Below, piece after piece: positions 12,060-25,661 of a stretch of 64,000 nucleotides of DNA. The first letter of the stretch is position 1. Every line of letters starts with the position of its first letter. Both the position numbers and the translations under genes were made by a program. Below the pieces are notes generated by a model. The model saw only the letters and a list, made by a program, of their open reading frames with translations. It was not told the DNA's origin and searched no databases. The stretch comes from the human T2T-CHM13v2.0 reference genome, Homo sapiens: the NCBI RefSeq assembly GCF_009914755.1, contig NC_060948.1, one strand, 5' to 3'.

Positions 12060-15000
12060 TGGCCATCCTGTGGCTTTCTCTTATAGGTAGGTAGTTTCAA
12101 CTTTGACATCTTAATACTACATCTAGAAAAATTTCTAAGTTTTCTTATTAGTATATATGATTTGTATGTTCTTTGAAGTTTTCCATGTAGGTAATCATGT
12201 CATCTACAGATGAGGAATATTTTACTTCTTTCTTTCCAATTCTTATATATTAAAGTATTTTTATTAGTATTATTTGTCTCATATTACAAGTTAAAAATCT
12301 GCAGGACAATGTTGAAGAGAAATGGTAATAGCGAGCCTTCTAGTCTTTCTTCTGATTTTGAAGGTAGTATTTTCTGATAAGGAACACTTTCTTTATTTGT
12401 ACTTTAATCTCTTATTATAAATAGCTATTCTGTTTTATTTGATGTTTATTCTGTATTCATTGATGTAATTATACTTTTTCCTACTTTAATATATACGTAT
12501 GATGCATTAAATAAATAGATTTCCTTAAGTTGAGCCCCTCCTTTCTCTTTGAAATAAATTTAGTGTAGATATGTGGTTATGATGTATAACCTTACATTTG
12601 TTTGCTCATTGATATGGTTTGGCTCTGTTTTAACCCAATCTCATGCTGAATTTTAACCCTCGTGTTTTGGAGGGGGGCCTGGTTGGAGGTGATTGGATCA
12701 TGGGAGCAGAATTTCTCTTTAGGTTCTCATGATAGCAAATGAGTTCTCATGAGATGGAATTTTTTGAAAATGTGCAGCACTTCACCCTTTACACTCTCTT
12801 CCCTGCCACCATGTGAAGACACACTTGCTTTCCCTTGGCCCTCTCACATAATCTTAAGTTTTCTGAGACCTCCTAGCCATGCCTCCTGCACAGCCTGAGA
12901 AACTATAAGCCAATTAGGTCTCCTTTCTTTATAAATTACCCAGTATCAGGTGTTTCTTTACAACTGTGTGAAAACAAAATAATACGCTTATATTTTGCTC
13001 ATGTTTTCACATTGTTGTGAAGTAAAATTAATCTTTTTTGTTTTTAATTCTTATGCTGTTTGTTTGAAAGTAGTAACAAGACATTATTCATTTGAAAATT
13101 AATTAGGATTGTTTTTCTTCTCTTTTTCACTTCTCAGAAATATTTATTTCCTTGAATGTGTAGTAGAATCCAACTATAAAAGCAGTTGATTCTAATACTT
13201 TTTTATAGGGATAATTTAAATGTGGACACATTTTTTTTCAAAATGCTACAGTAAGTGCAGTTTCTTAGTTCTTCCTAGTTCCTAGTTTGGGTAACTGACT
13301 TTTTTGTAGAGACTTTTCTGTTTCACTGAAGAATTAAAATTTGTTTGTGTAAAGATGTTTCTAATACTGCTGTATTTCTAAATTTCTGCTGCCTAGCTGA
13401 GCATACCCTTTCTTTATGTCTTAATATTATGTGTTCTTTCTTTCCCCAGTGAATCTGGTCAGAGATCTGTAAGCTTCGTTATCTTCTCAAAGAACTAATT
13501 CTTTTTCTATTTGATTAACTTCTGCTCTTCGTTCATTATTTTCTTATTTATGCCTTTTTTCTTTTGGTGTACATGTTTCTTCCTTTCCTAACTATAACAA
13601 ATGATTCACATATTAGTGCCACCTTTTTTATTTCTTCATGAAACACCAAACGTTAACCTTTTTTTTATGACTAACTTTTCTTTTATCAGGATTCCAAAAG
13701 TACTGATACTTAATATTTTAAACTATTATTTAGTTCTGTATTTCAAATTTTGTTTTTTATATGTTATTAACAAGTCTGTATTATGTATTTCCAATTTACA
13801 TGATTAAAAATATGTATATTTTTATAATTGTTTGTATTGGAATCAGAATGTGTTCTTGATAATACATGGACCTTTGAAATGTATTGAGACTTGCCTTAAG
13901 GCATAGTATGTCTTTAAATGTTTCTGAGTTTTTAGAACAATGTGCATTGCTAGATACTATATCCTGTAACTGCCTATTGGATAAAGTTTTTTAAATAGCT
14001 TCTTACATAGTTTAACCTCTGCTGAACCAATAATCTTGGAGTGTTGTATTAAAATGTTTCATTATAATGTAATTCATTGATATAATTAATTGAATCAACT
14101 AATTATTTCAATTAATTTAAAGTTAATTAAAATAATTAATTGAATTGTTTAAATTATTTAATTAATTTTTAAATTTCTTGGAATATTATGATTTAAACAA
14201 TTTTTGCTGTCTATATTTTAGAAGTGTAGATTAAAACTGTATTATCCTCCTAGTCTACTGAAAGTTTTGTTATCTAGGTTACCATAATTTTTCCTTTAGT
14301 ATCAATTGTTGCTTTAAATCTGAAAACATGCAGTGTTTGCTAGGGCATGGAATTTACCCAGTATATCCATTTACATAATTTATTAACTGTTTCTTGCCTT
14401 GTGTTTGATGTAAGTTTCATAAGCAGCACAGAGCTCCAGTTTTTAGAAAGATATATATTTTTAGTACGCATGTTTATTTAAACTTTTTATTCAAATATTT
14501 AGATATATGTTTATAATTTTAAGTTTTATTTATATTTGCTCTAGTCCTTAGGTTTCACTTTCATCTCCTGTTTAAAATTTGTTGTATTAAACTGTTGTAT
14601 TTTTTCCTCATTTTATATATTGTCATGACTTGAAGAAATATATCTTAATTATGTTTAAATCTAATCAAGATCTTTACCAGCTTTAAGAAAAATTCAAGAC
14701 CTTATCATCTTTTATTTTGATTTTTTTATTTTGGATGTTTTAATATAATATTTTAAACTCTATCTTATTTCATTAAATTATATGAAATGTATTATTATTA
14801 TCCACTGTTTTTGATAACTACATGCCATTGTTTTACTAGGTTTCTTCAAGAATGACCTCTCTTTCTTTCCCAGAAATTTCTTATAGAGAAAGTCTCTGTT
14901 CTAGAAAATCTTTCAGCATTTTTAAGTCATTTTATTGGTTATGAATTTTTCTTTCTTTTCTGAGAATAAAATTCTCTTCTTGATTTTAAGTTTACTCATT

Positions 15001-15600
15001 CAAGCCTTTCAAGGAATTAAACTGTTTCTGACTTTTGTTCTCTAAATGCTCTATTGAGTTTTTACTTTCCAAGTATTGTATTTATTGCATCTAAAATTTC
15101 TATTTTCTCTCCAGATTTTCAGACCTATCTTAACCTTTAAGATAATCTTTTAATACTTGACCACACTTTTAATATTAATGTTTCATTTTTTAAAATTCAT
15201 TAAGCTAGTTATGTTATATTCAATGTCTGCTTATTAAAGGATCTGCAGTATTTCTCAAATGGTTCTTGTTGTTTCTCCTTATATTTTTCGTGTTGGTTTC
15301 TTTCATGACTTTTCAATATTTTTATATTTATGTGAATCATCTAAACTTTAGGAAAATTCTTTAAGGCCTGAGTTTAAGGTTTTTAAAGGGATATTTGTTG
15401 TACTGCAGTCAGGAGCTCTACAAAAGATTTTTTCCAGCCAATTCTTACACTGAGTTTTTGGAAAGTGACAGAAAGGGTATACATTCTGCTGTCAAACCTA
15501 CATAATAACAGATTTTGGCTATAAAATTAAAGAGTAAGAATCACATCTATGCTCTTTATAACTGAAAACCAAGGTTAAGATGAATGTCTTTCTCTCTGTT
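12060..15600 (-). mobile_element. Ancient, highly decayed L1 (L1M-type) fragments
   Basis: T-rich strand with antisense L1 ORF2-like motifs (GTAATCATGTCATCTACAGATGA, ACAATGTTGAAGAGAAATGGT, TTCTCAAAGAACTAATT). Confidence 0.65.
12610..12986 (+). mobile_element. Solo MaLR LTR (MSTA-like)
   Basis: TGATATGGTTTGG...GGAGGTGATTGGATCATGGG...ATAAATTACCCAGT.TCAGG...AATAC. 5-bp TSD CTCAT/CTTAT. Confidence 0.88.
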
Positions 15601-15621
15601 TGTGGGGAGAGTTTGAATGGC

Positions 15622-15983
15622 TGTATTCATCAAACATTTCATAATAAGTCATCTGCAAGCTGAGGAGCAAGGAGAGCTGATCCAGGTCCCCAAAACTAAA
15701 GGACTTGGATCCTGATGTTTGAGGACAGAAAGCATCCAGCATGGAAGAAAGATGTAGGCAAGGAGACTAGGCCAGTCTCATCTTTTCATATTTTTCTAGC
15801 CAGCAGCTAGTTATGCTGGCAGCTAGTAAGATGGTGCCCACTCGGATTAAGGGAGGGTCTGTCTTTTGCAGCTGACTTACTCAAACGTTAATCTCCTTTG
15901 GCAGCACCCTCACAGAGACACCAAGGATTAATTCTTTGCATTCTTCAATCTAACCACATTGACACTTAGTATTAACTATCACA
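15622..15983 (-). mobile_element. MLT2A-type LTR (HERV-L 3' LTR), internally deleted
   Basis: Minus strand begins TGTGATAGTTAATACTAAGTGTCAA. The plus strand carries the typical CTGCAAGCTGAGGAGCAAGG and CTCCTTTGGCAGCACCCTCACAG motifs. Confidence 0.85.
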
Positions 15984-16400
15984 AGTCCACCCCTTGTCAA
16001 CTTGAACCCACACATATCTCCTGAGATCATACACAATCTTTGAATAAGGAAAATAATAAGGTCACAAGTATGCCTAATATAATACAACTATTCTTCACAC
16101 AACTGGAAATGCAGAAATCCCCAACCCAAATACCATAACGTAAAGTTAATAATACTTAAGTGCTAATGCAAAGTCAATAAATCTTATAACACATAATGAA
16201 GGAAAAAGGAAATAAAGATATTTTCTTAGTATGAGTGTATAAACACAAAAAAATTTTTTTAACAAAAGAAGAAGGAAATACAGTTACAGCCCTCGCTTTT
16301 GCAGCTGATCAAGTGGTTGTACCTGGTATTGATGACTACCTTCTTCTACTACCCTTTCTATATTCCCTTTGGTTTCAGCAAGCACCTGAGCATATTTTGA
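15984..16400 (-). mobile_element. HERV-L internal 3' end fragment
   Basis: PPT-like GACAAGGGGTGGACT abuts the LTR on the minus strand, followed by HERV-L-like 3' sequence. Confidence 0.75.
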
Positions 16401-16439
16401 GATTGGCCAGAGTGAGACAGTATCACTAAGCATGTTAAT

Positions 16440-18730
16440 TAATTAATTAATTAGGTTAAATCAATCTTTTAACCAAATGACTTAGAAATGTAAAAAGCAA
16501 AAACCTTCTATAATTCTTTACAAATTTTGCTAAAGAACAGATTTGTGCCCTAAGAGTACTTTGTTGTATTTTTATTGCAAGCCTCAATTTACAAAAAACC
16601 CATATAATAACTTTTTAAATTTAATTAATGTTCACAAAAGAATTCCTTTGGCAAGATTAATTTTAACAATCCTTCCACAGCTTGTTTGAACTGTTAGCTT
16701 TATCTTATCTAATTGAGAACAAATGTTTTACCCTAGGCAAGAATTTATATATTCATGCCTTCTTATAATTTTTTATTAAAAACACATTTTACTGTATGTA
16801 AATCATTTACTCATATATAACTCTACTTCCAGTGCTTTTAATTACATCTTATAATGGTAACTTCTAGCAATTTTAACTTTAATGTAAAACCAGGTAAATT
16901 GTTTTAATTATGTGCTAGGTGCAGTCAAGGGTTTGACTCCTTTCAGCATAATTAAGGGTATGGTTAATTCTATTTGTCCTCAGGCCTTACCAACAGTGAA
17001 GCAAAGTTGAACTGCTCTCAAAAACCAAAAATGCTGTTTATAACCTTAAAACATTTAGCAAATCTAGTATTTCACCTGCATAATTTCGTCCACCCACTGA
17101 TACATTGATATTTGTGTTCTACTGATAATCTTTAAGGCTGTTTTTATTTCTCAAAGATTAAAAGTCATGTGAACAAAAAGGTACATGTCTTTTTTCTTCC
17201 CTTCAATAAATATTTGATCCAAGTTCTTATCATTCTTTAAGTAAATTTATTAGACCTCTTTATATAGACATCATACACACAACATATATATATAACTACA
17301 GAAACAGGCTGAAGAAAACCTAGTAATTATAAGGTTTTTGTTGTTGTTGTTGTTGTTGTTTTGAGACAGAGTCTCGCTCTGTCACCCAGGCGGGAGTGCA
17401 GTGGCGCGATCTTGGCTCTCTGCAACCTCTGCCTCTGCAACCTCAACCTCACGCCATTCACCTGGCTCAGCCTCCTGAGTAGCTGGGACTACAGGCGTCC
17501 ACCTGGTTAATTTTTTGTATTTTTAGTAGAGATGGGGTTTCAACATGTTAGCCTGGATGGCCTCTATCTCCTGACCTCGTGGTCCTCCTGCCTCAGCCTC
17601 CCAAAGTGCTGAGATTACAGGCATAAGCCACCACACCCAGCTGTCATAAGGTTTTTTATTTGCCAATTTCCAGATTGAATTACTGTCCTCTCATGCATGC
17701 ATTAGAGTGGCCAGACAAAATGAAGAAAAAGGATTCAGTTGACTGAGAAAAAAACTTCTACCAGCAAAACAAGATCCAGGAAAAGAAAAATATAAAGGTC
17801 TTTTAAATATACCTATAATTTGGATATCCACTTTTAATTAAGTTGAGGACTCTTTAAGAATATCCTTTTAATTTTTTTATTACCTGACTCTAGTAGCACC
17901 AAGCAGCCAGTGTTTCTGGCTTTCAAATTTTAACAAAAGTAACTTACCAGGTGCTCAGAGGAAAAAAAAAAAAAAAGTAAGGCAGTTTGTTAAGTGGAAG
18001 AGAATCAGCAAAGGGCAAAAGTTACATGCTGATATAAAACCAGAAGAGACTCTTTCCTTAAGCCAGGATTAAACCTGGGCCACCATTGTAAAATGGCAGA
18101 GGCCAAAACAAAACAGAGCCACATTGGTTCAGGTCATGTTCCTGAAAACATAAAACAAGATGGATGCCTGCGCAAAATTTTCTGACAGCTATAGAGAAGG
18201 ACATACAAAGCACACCAGATTGGCCACAGCTCTAGACCAACCTGAGAAACATCTATTCACAATCAAAACTCTACAAAGAATATAAGCAGTGATCATTGGG
18301 GCATTGTCCGGCAAAACATTTCATATGAAGAAAACAAAAAAACCTTCTGCTTAAAAGTAAATTGCAGACAGGATGAAGAAAAGAAAAAAAAAGTCTTAAG
18401 TGTAGAGCAGGAAAGACAATTTTCTTTCTTATGCAAATGAGTTCCTTCAACAAGGAGAAAAACTTAATGCTGTTGGGTGAGGTTGGATCCCTTGGTCGGT
18501 GAACATGAAGACACCATGAGTGCCTCGCATTTTTCAGCCCAGAGGAGATGGGAATGAAGAGCTGCCATTCAACTACCATCCCACATGTGCCTGGGGCTGT
18601 TTGGGTAGGGTGTTGAAGAGTTTCCTCTATCCTCAGGAGAAGTCCAAGAATGAAAACACTTACAAACAAAATAGAAAAAGATTTTTTAGTTTACATCTTA
18701 CTTACCTCAAGCCCCACATCTAGACACCGA
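16440..18730 (-). mobile_element. Non-coding internal sequence of a MER4-group ERV (MER61-int/HUERS-like), with degenerate Lys-type PBS at ~18710-18729
   Basis: GCCCCACATCTAGACACCG next to the LTR resembles the antisense of TGGCGCCCAACGTGGGGC. The AT-rich internal sequence is typical of non-autonomous MER4-group elements. Confidence 0.6.
17340..17642 (-). mobile_element. Alu (AluY-like) with (TTG)n tail
   Basis: Antisense Alu with ACGCCATTC and TTAGCC.GGATGG diagnostics. TSD ATAAGGTTTTT. Confidence 0.93.
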
Positions 18731-18732
18731 AA

Positions 18733-19120
18733 TGTTATAGAACTTTCTCCTTAGTTAAGCTAAAACAAGGATCTTCTCACATGATTATGAAGGAAGAGTC
18801 TAATGAATACACTGAAGGGTTAGGAGTAAAGTTTATTGGGCCAAAAGGAAAAAGAAAACAACAACAACAACATCAACAACAAAGTGTCAGCAGAGTGGGA
18901 AGCACTCGTGTTATCTGGCCCTGACCTCACAGATTGAGGAACACCAGGTCACAACATAGCAACTTAAGAATCCAGGTTCCTCTCCTGCCAAAAGGTGTGA
19001 ATTTCAGTGGCTCCACCTCCTTTTCCCATTGCACAGGTAGGCATTATTCAGAAAGAAGCCGTCAGAAAATGGCTGGCTTCATTTGAAACCAGCAGTCCAA
19101 TTTTTCAGCCATCAGGCTGA
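18733..19120 (-). mobile_element. 5' LTR of the MER4-group ERV (MER61-like), truncated
   Basis: TGTTATAGAACTTTCTCCTTAGTTAAGCTAAAAC is the reverse complement of a MER61-type LTR end. TTTATT at ~18832 is the poly(A) signal on the minus strand. Confidence 0.65.
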
Positions 19121-19134
19121 AATGAAGTAAGACA

Positions 19135-19625
19135 CTTTATAGTTGTTGTAAATTTTTTTCTTGAATTTCTTTTTCAGATGGCTTTTTCTTGGCATGAAAA
19201 TATGCTCCTACTAAGTTTTTAAAGTGAATTTGGTATTCTGCTACTTAACTGAATTTCTTTATCAATTCTCAAGATTTTTAGTGTAGTATTTAAGTTTTGC
19301 TATACAAACAGTTAAGAGATCTGCAAACAGATAATTTGACTTTCTTCCTTTTTATTTGGATGTCTTTTATTTCTTTCTCTTGCATAAATAATCTTGCTAA
19401 GACCTCCAGTACTCTGTTGAATAAAAGTGGTAAAAGTAGACATCACTGTCTTCTTCTAGGTCTTAAGTAAAAAGCCTTCACCTTTTAATGTTCAGTGTCT
19501 TATCAGGTATTGATTTGTCATATTTTGCCTTAACTGTGTTGTGTTACATACCATCTGTACCTAACTTGTTCACTTGTTTTAATCACAAAACATGCTAAAT
19601 TTTTCAAAATAATTTTTCTGCATCT
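19135..19625 (-). mobile_element. L1 ORF2 fragment, inverted 5' segment
   Basis: Antisense ORF2 RT region, from the DAEK-equivalent (TTTTCTGCATCT) to the 'FTIA'-equivalent. Confidence 0.8.
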
Positions 19626-20690
19626 AAAATAAAAAATAAAGTGCCTAGCAGTAAACTTAATTAAAAAGATAAACACTGTCTACACTATAAATTATAAAAC
19701 ATTAATTAAAAAACTAAAAAATATGAAAAACATGAGAAATATTTTTTGTTCATGAGTTATAAAAAATATTGCTAAAATGACTATGCTACTCAAGGTAATC
19801 AACAGATTCAATGCAAACTCAATAAAAATACCAATGACATTTTTTCACAGAAATGGAAAAAAACAGGCCTAAAATCTATAGTGAACAAAAGAAACTCCCC
19901 AAATAGCCAAAGTCATCTAGCAAAAAAGAACAAAGCTGAAAGCATCAAATTACCCGACTTCTAAATATACTGCAAAGCTATAACAAGCAAACAGAGTGAT
20001 ACCGGCATATGAAACAGACAGATAGAACAAAGTATCCATTGATTCTAGTAATAAATTAATAAGCCTAGAGCCAAATAATTTTTAAGGTATTTAAGAGACA
20101 TATTTAAGAAAAGTCAACCTCATCAATAAATGGTGCTGTAAAATTAATTTCTTAAATACAAAGTAATACAACTAGATGCCTACCTGTTACCATATTTTAA
20201 AAACTTAATTAAAAATAAATAGAAGATTAAAATGTAAAACTCAAACTTATAAAACAATTTCCATAAAACATATAGAAATTCTTAATCAGATAGGACAGAA
20301 AAAATTTTTAAATAAGACCCCAGAAGCACAGGCAACAAAAGCAAAAGCAGACAAGTAAAATTACCAGAATCTAAAAAAAAAAAAAAAAAAATAGTAAAAA
20401 TAAATTTACAGAGTGAAGAGACAGCTTACACTGTGGGAGACTATATCTGCAAAATATACATATGACAAGAGATAAACATACGAATACATAACAATTTTAA
20501 GAGCAATAATAACACACTATTTAGTAATAGGCAAGATACCTTAACTGACATTTCCTCAAAGAAGACATACGAATGGCCAATTACATACAATGATGCTCAG
20601 CATTATTAATTATTAGAAAACTGCAAATCAAAGCCAAAATAAGACACCAAATCACTGCAGTAAAAATGAGTATAATTGGAAATGATACAT
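19626..20690 (+). mobile_element. L1 ORF2 fragment (L1MA/L1PB age), sense segment, 3'-truncated at the satellite
   Basis: Covers the KIKYLG-, RFNA-, KKNKA-, NKWC- and KEDIQMA-equivalent stretches in order. Confidence 0.82.
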
Positions 20691-23600
20691 TTCTGACCCT
20701 TTCAACAGGAGGCATTGTGACATATCTCAGGGCCTATCATTTAGGTGATACAACTTCCTCTACTGCCTGAACACTGCCCACGAGGGGCATTATGCCATAG
20801 AGTTTGCTGTAGCCTCGCAGTTATGCAACTTTTCTGCCAGAAACTTGTCTAGAAGGAGAATATTGGAAAACTTCTGGCTCAGCATTTAGGTGACAAGTCT
20901 GTCATGTCTGTTTCATTACCACAGAGTAAATTTTGACATATACCTAGGCACAGCTCACAGGCATGATACTGACTCTCACATGTGGATCCTACAGATAAGA
21001 ATAATTTTGACTCTTGTAACTTGCTTTAGAAACATGAGTCATTTCTTAGATCTCTTTCTGGTAAAGAGGTCACTGAAGATTATAACAGGCTCAGATATTT
21101 TATAAAGCCCATGACTTGCACAGAGTGTCATAAGAGAACCCAACAGAAAGGTGAAATTGTGAGTCTCATATGCACACCCAGCTGACAGTAAGGACTGTCA
21201 CATCTCACATACATGAAGCCAACTGTCACTCATGAAAACAGGACATGTATGGTATTGTAAGTCTCATCTCTGGAATATTCTGCCATTGTGATTGTGATAA
21301 AAATATTTGCTGAGCATCTGTGATTTGACTCTCCAGACTGGTTCCAGCTCATATATGGGATTGTGATCTCTACCTGGACCAACATATAAATGATGTGACT
21401 CTCCTGCCTTGGCACTTGTCTCATTAAGGATTGTGACATATCACTGGATCAAAAACCCAGGTGACGTTACATTCTTGCCTGAGCCTTGGCCACAGACATT
21501 GCTGTGATATATGACTGTCTCCACCAATTAGGTGATGTAACTCTCCTCTCTAGAATAGGTCCTGAACAGAAGGGTTGGTGGTGACATATTTCTAGGCCAA
21601 GCAAACAGGTGATGGTTCTTTTTCACCAGGGCTATGTGTCAAGGAGGGCATTGTAACATATCTCCGTGACTGTCACCTAGATTATGTGACTTGAGGCTTG
21701 GGCCTCACCCACACAGAGCATTGTGACATAAAAGTTAAACCTGCAGCAAGTTGATTTAACTCTTTTGCCTTGGTGTTTTCCTAAGGAAGCTTTGTAACAT
21801 ATCTCAGGACCCAGGTGATGTGGCTCTTCTTCCTGGTATCTTCCCACGTGTTAGATTGTGACATATACCTATAAAAGCACATAGGTGATATGACTCTCCC
21901 TTTCTCCCTGAGTCCTGCCTACTGAGGACATTGGGACATATCTCTGAGCACATGACCTAAGTGATATGATTCTCTTCCCCTGCCTGGGCCTTTAAAATGG
22001 TGGGATTGTGGCATATTGCTGAGCCTAGAGTTTAACTGATGTGACTCTACTCTTTTTTTCTGAACCATGCCCGCAAAGGGAAATTTTGACATATTGCACC
22101 CAGATGATGTTACAGTTTTGTCAGAGTTCTGAATAAAGAGGAAATTATTACATATGAGTGGGCCCAGCACCCTGAAGATGCTACTGTCCTACCTGCATGC
22201 CAGTAGCCTCAGAGAGTATTTCGACATACCTTTGACTCATTGTACACGTGTTTTGGCTCTCATCCCATGGCTAAACTTTTCCACATGTGGAATTGTGTCA
22301 CATTGCTGGGTCCAGGTAATGTGACCCTTCTTCCTAGATTCTGCCTAAAAAGGGCATTGTGGCATTTGTTGCCGTATCATCTAAGTGATATTATTCTTTT
22401 TCCTAATTGTTGACAAATAAATGAGATTATGACATAAATCTTGCTTCAGTTCACAGGCATGATGGTCAAACTTATATTAGGGCTCAGTCAATAGAAGATA
22501 TTTTTCCACTCATTGCTAGGCTTATGGAAATAGGTAAAATGGGTTTTCTGTTTGTACAATGCTCACAGAGGTTTACAACACTAATTCATATTGTATAAAC
22601 TCCTTTGGTGGTACAGAGAGTTTTATAACAAGAAACATAAAAAAATTAAGATTGTGACTCTAAATTACACAGCCAGGTGGAAGTAAATATTGTCACAAGC
22701 ACACATTTACAAAGCCCACTGTTAAGGTACTAAGTCTAACAAAGAAAAACAGTACAAAGTGGGAATCATGACACTCACATGTGGGTCTAGCCAATGGTGC
22801 GATTATGACTCATTTTTGGTCCCAGCTCATAGAAATAAAAATAGGTCTCATTCCTGAACTCAGCCTAAATGAGAGATGTTGACTATCATACCTGGGTTTA
22901 GGGCAATACATAACACTGGGAGTCCATATGAGCATGTGGGCCTCAGAGAAGTTTGCAACTCTCATACATGCCATATACATCCCTCGGATGTTGCAGAGGG
23001 TTCTATATAATGGCCCAGCACACACATGACATTGTGACTCATATACACACCAAGCTTACACTTAAAGGTACCATCCTCAAAGATGAGCAGCATCCAGGTG
23101 ATGTGAGTCTTCTTCGAGTGTCCTGCCAACGAGTGTCCTGTGTCATATCACTGGGCCTAGTAACCAGGTGTTAAAACTTTTGCTTAAATTGTTTCTCGTG
23201 TATGTGTTGTGACATATTGTGTCAGAATCATAATAATGTGACACCTTTTGCCCTGGCCCTGCAACAAGACATATCATCACATATTTGTGAGCCTAAATGT
23301 TAAGGGATTTGTCTTTTTTTCTTGTGCTTTGCCCCAAAGAAACATTGTGACATTGTTGAACGTAGCAGCTAGGAAATACGTCTCTTCTCTCCTGTCTAGG
23401 TCCTTCCTACTAAAGGAATTGTGACATGCCACTGAGTGCAAAACCTAGGTAATGCAACTTTCCTCTTTATTTTCTGGAGTTTGTCAAAAGAGGGGATTAT
23501 TACATATTGCTGAGCCTAACACCTAGGTGTTGTGAGTCTCCTGTTTTGTTTTTTTCAACCCTGTCTACAGTGGACATGGTGCCATATTACTTGAGGCTGT

Positions 23601-25350
23601 ACCCAGGTGATGTGACTCTTCTGACTTGGACCTGCAAGCAAAAGAGTAGATAATGTATCATGGGCTTGCATCAATGTTGTGAGACTTCTTCCTTGTTTCT
23701 GCCCACAGGTGAAATTGTGACATATACCTGGAATCATCTCACATGCACAATTATAATCATCATACCTGGACCCAGAAAGGAGAGAGATTTTGACTCTCAT
23801 AGCCAGTCTTATTTCCATAAGTAAAATAATGGGTCTCCTATTTGTTCACAGAGGATATGACCCTCGGGCATATCATATAAAGCCTCAGTGGTACAAAGAG
23901 TGTCATAACAGGGAACAGCAACCAGGTGTGATTGTGAATCATGGATGCACACCCAGCTAACTTGATTGTCACTTTCATACAAGAACGTGGCCTACAAATA
24001 AGGTACTAAGTTTCACACAACAGAGTAGTCGAAGGTTGAAATTGTTCCTCTCGTACATGGTTTAACCCCGTGGGTGGTTTGGTGATGCAGTATTCAGCCC
24101 AACTGTGAGGCTGTGACTTTCATACTGGAACACAATCTTCGAGTAGAACTGGGCAATTTATGCATGGATCCTGCCCATTGTTGAGTCTGTAACTCCTCTG
24201 CTTTGACCCCTTGCACAGGAGGTGTTGACCCATGTGCACAAAGCCAGGACTTGTGAAGGGCTGTGAAACTTATTTCTGAATATTTCCCAGCGTGTGATTA
24301 GGACATAAAAATTAGCCCGGCTCCTGAATAATTTGACTCTCCTTTTTAGGCCATGACGGCAGATAAAATTGTGACGTAGGTGGACCATACACCTAAGCAG
24401 AAGTGCCTGGGCCTGCCTACCAAGGGTAATTAAACATATCACGGGGACCAGCATCAAGGTGATGTCAATTCTTTGTCTTTTTCCTGCCTATAAAAGTCAT
24501 TGTGACTTAGATTTAGGTCCATCATATAAGTGATGAGACTCCCTTCTACTGCCTTGGCCCTGCTGTTACAGGGCATTGTGACACATAACTGGGTACTGCA
24601 CCCAGGTGATGTGACTCTCTGTTTTGGGTTCTGCCAACAGGAAGCTTCATAACATATCACTTGGTTCACACCTAGATAATGTTTTTCTCTTTTGTCTTGC
24701 CGTGACCAGAGGGGAGATTGTGACATATTACTAAACCCAGCGCCGAAGTGAGGTCACTTTCATACCGTGGTTCTGCAGATAGTGAACATTGTGACATATA
24801 TCTAGGCCAATTGCTTAGGTAAAGGGAGTGTCCTCACACTCCTAAGATTTCCTCACAGGGGGACTTTTGATATATCACTAAAACCAGCCTCCAGGTGATG
24901 TGAGTCTTCTTCCAGTGTCCTGCCCACAAGGAAGATTGTGGCATCTCACTGGACCAGCACCCATCCAGATGATGTGACCTTTCTGCTTGCTCTCTGCCCA
25001 CAGGTGATATTGTGTCATATACCTAAGACTACTTAAGAGGACTAATCATGACTGTTAAACCTGGATCCAGGTCATATGCAAGACAGAGACTCCCATTCCT
25101 GGAATGTTCCACCAGTGTTATTGTGACATATACCTTTGCCCAGCTCCTGAGTGATTTAATACTCCTGCCTAGTTGTAGCCCGCAAATGAGATTTGGATGT
25201 GTACTTCAACTTATCACCATGATGATTTGACTCTCCTGTTTTAACAATATCTTCCAGAAGGATTGTAACATATTTCTGGACCCATGATCTAGTTACCTGA
25301 CACTCCTCTCTTACCTGGACCCTGCTTCCACTAGAGATTGTAGCATTTCT

Positions 25351-25661
<311 letters not shown>

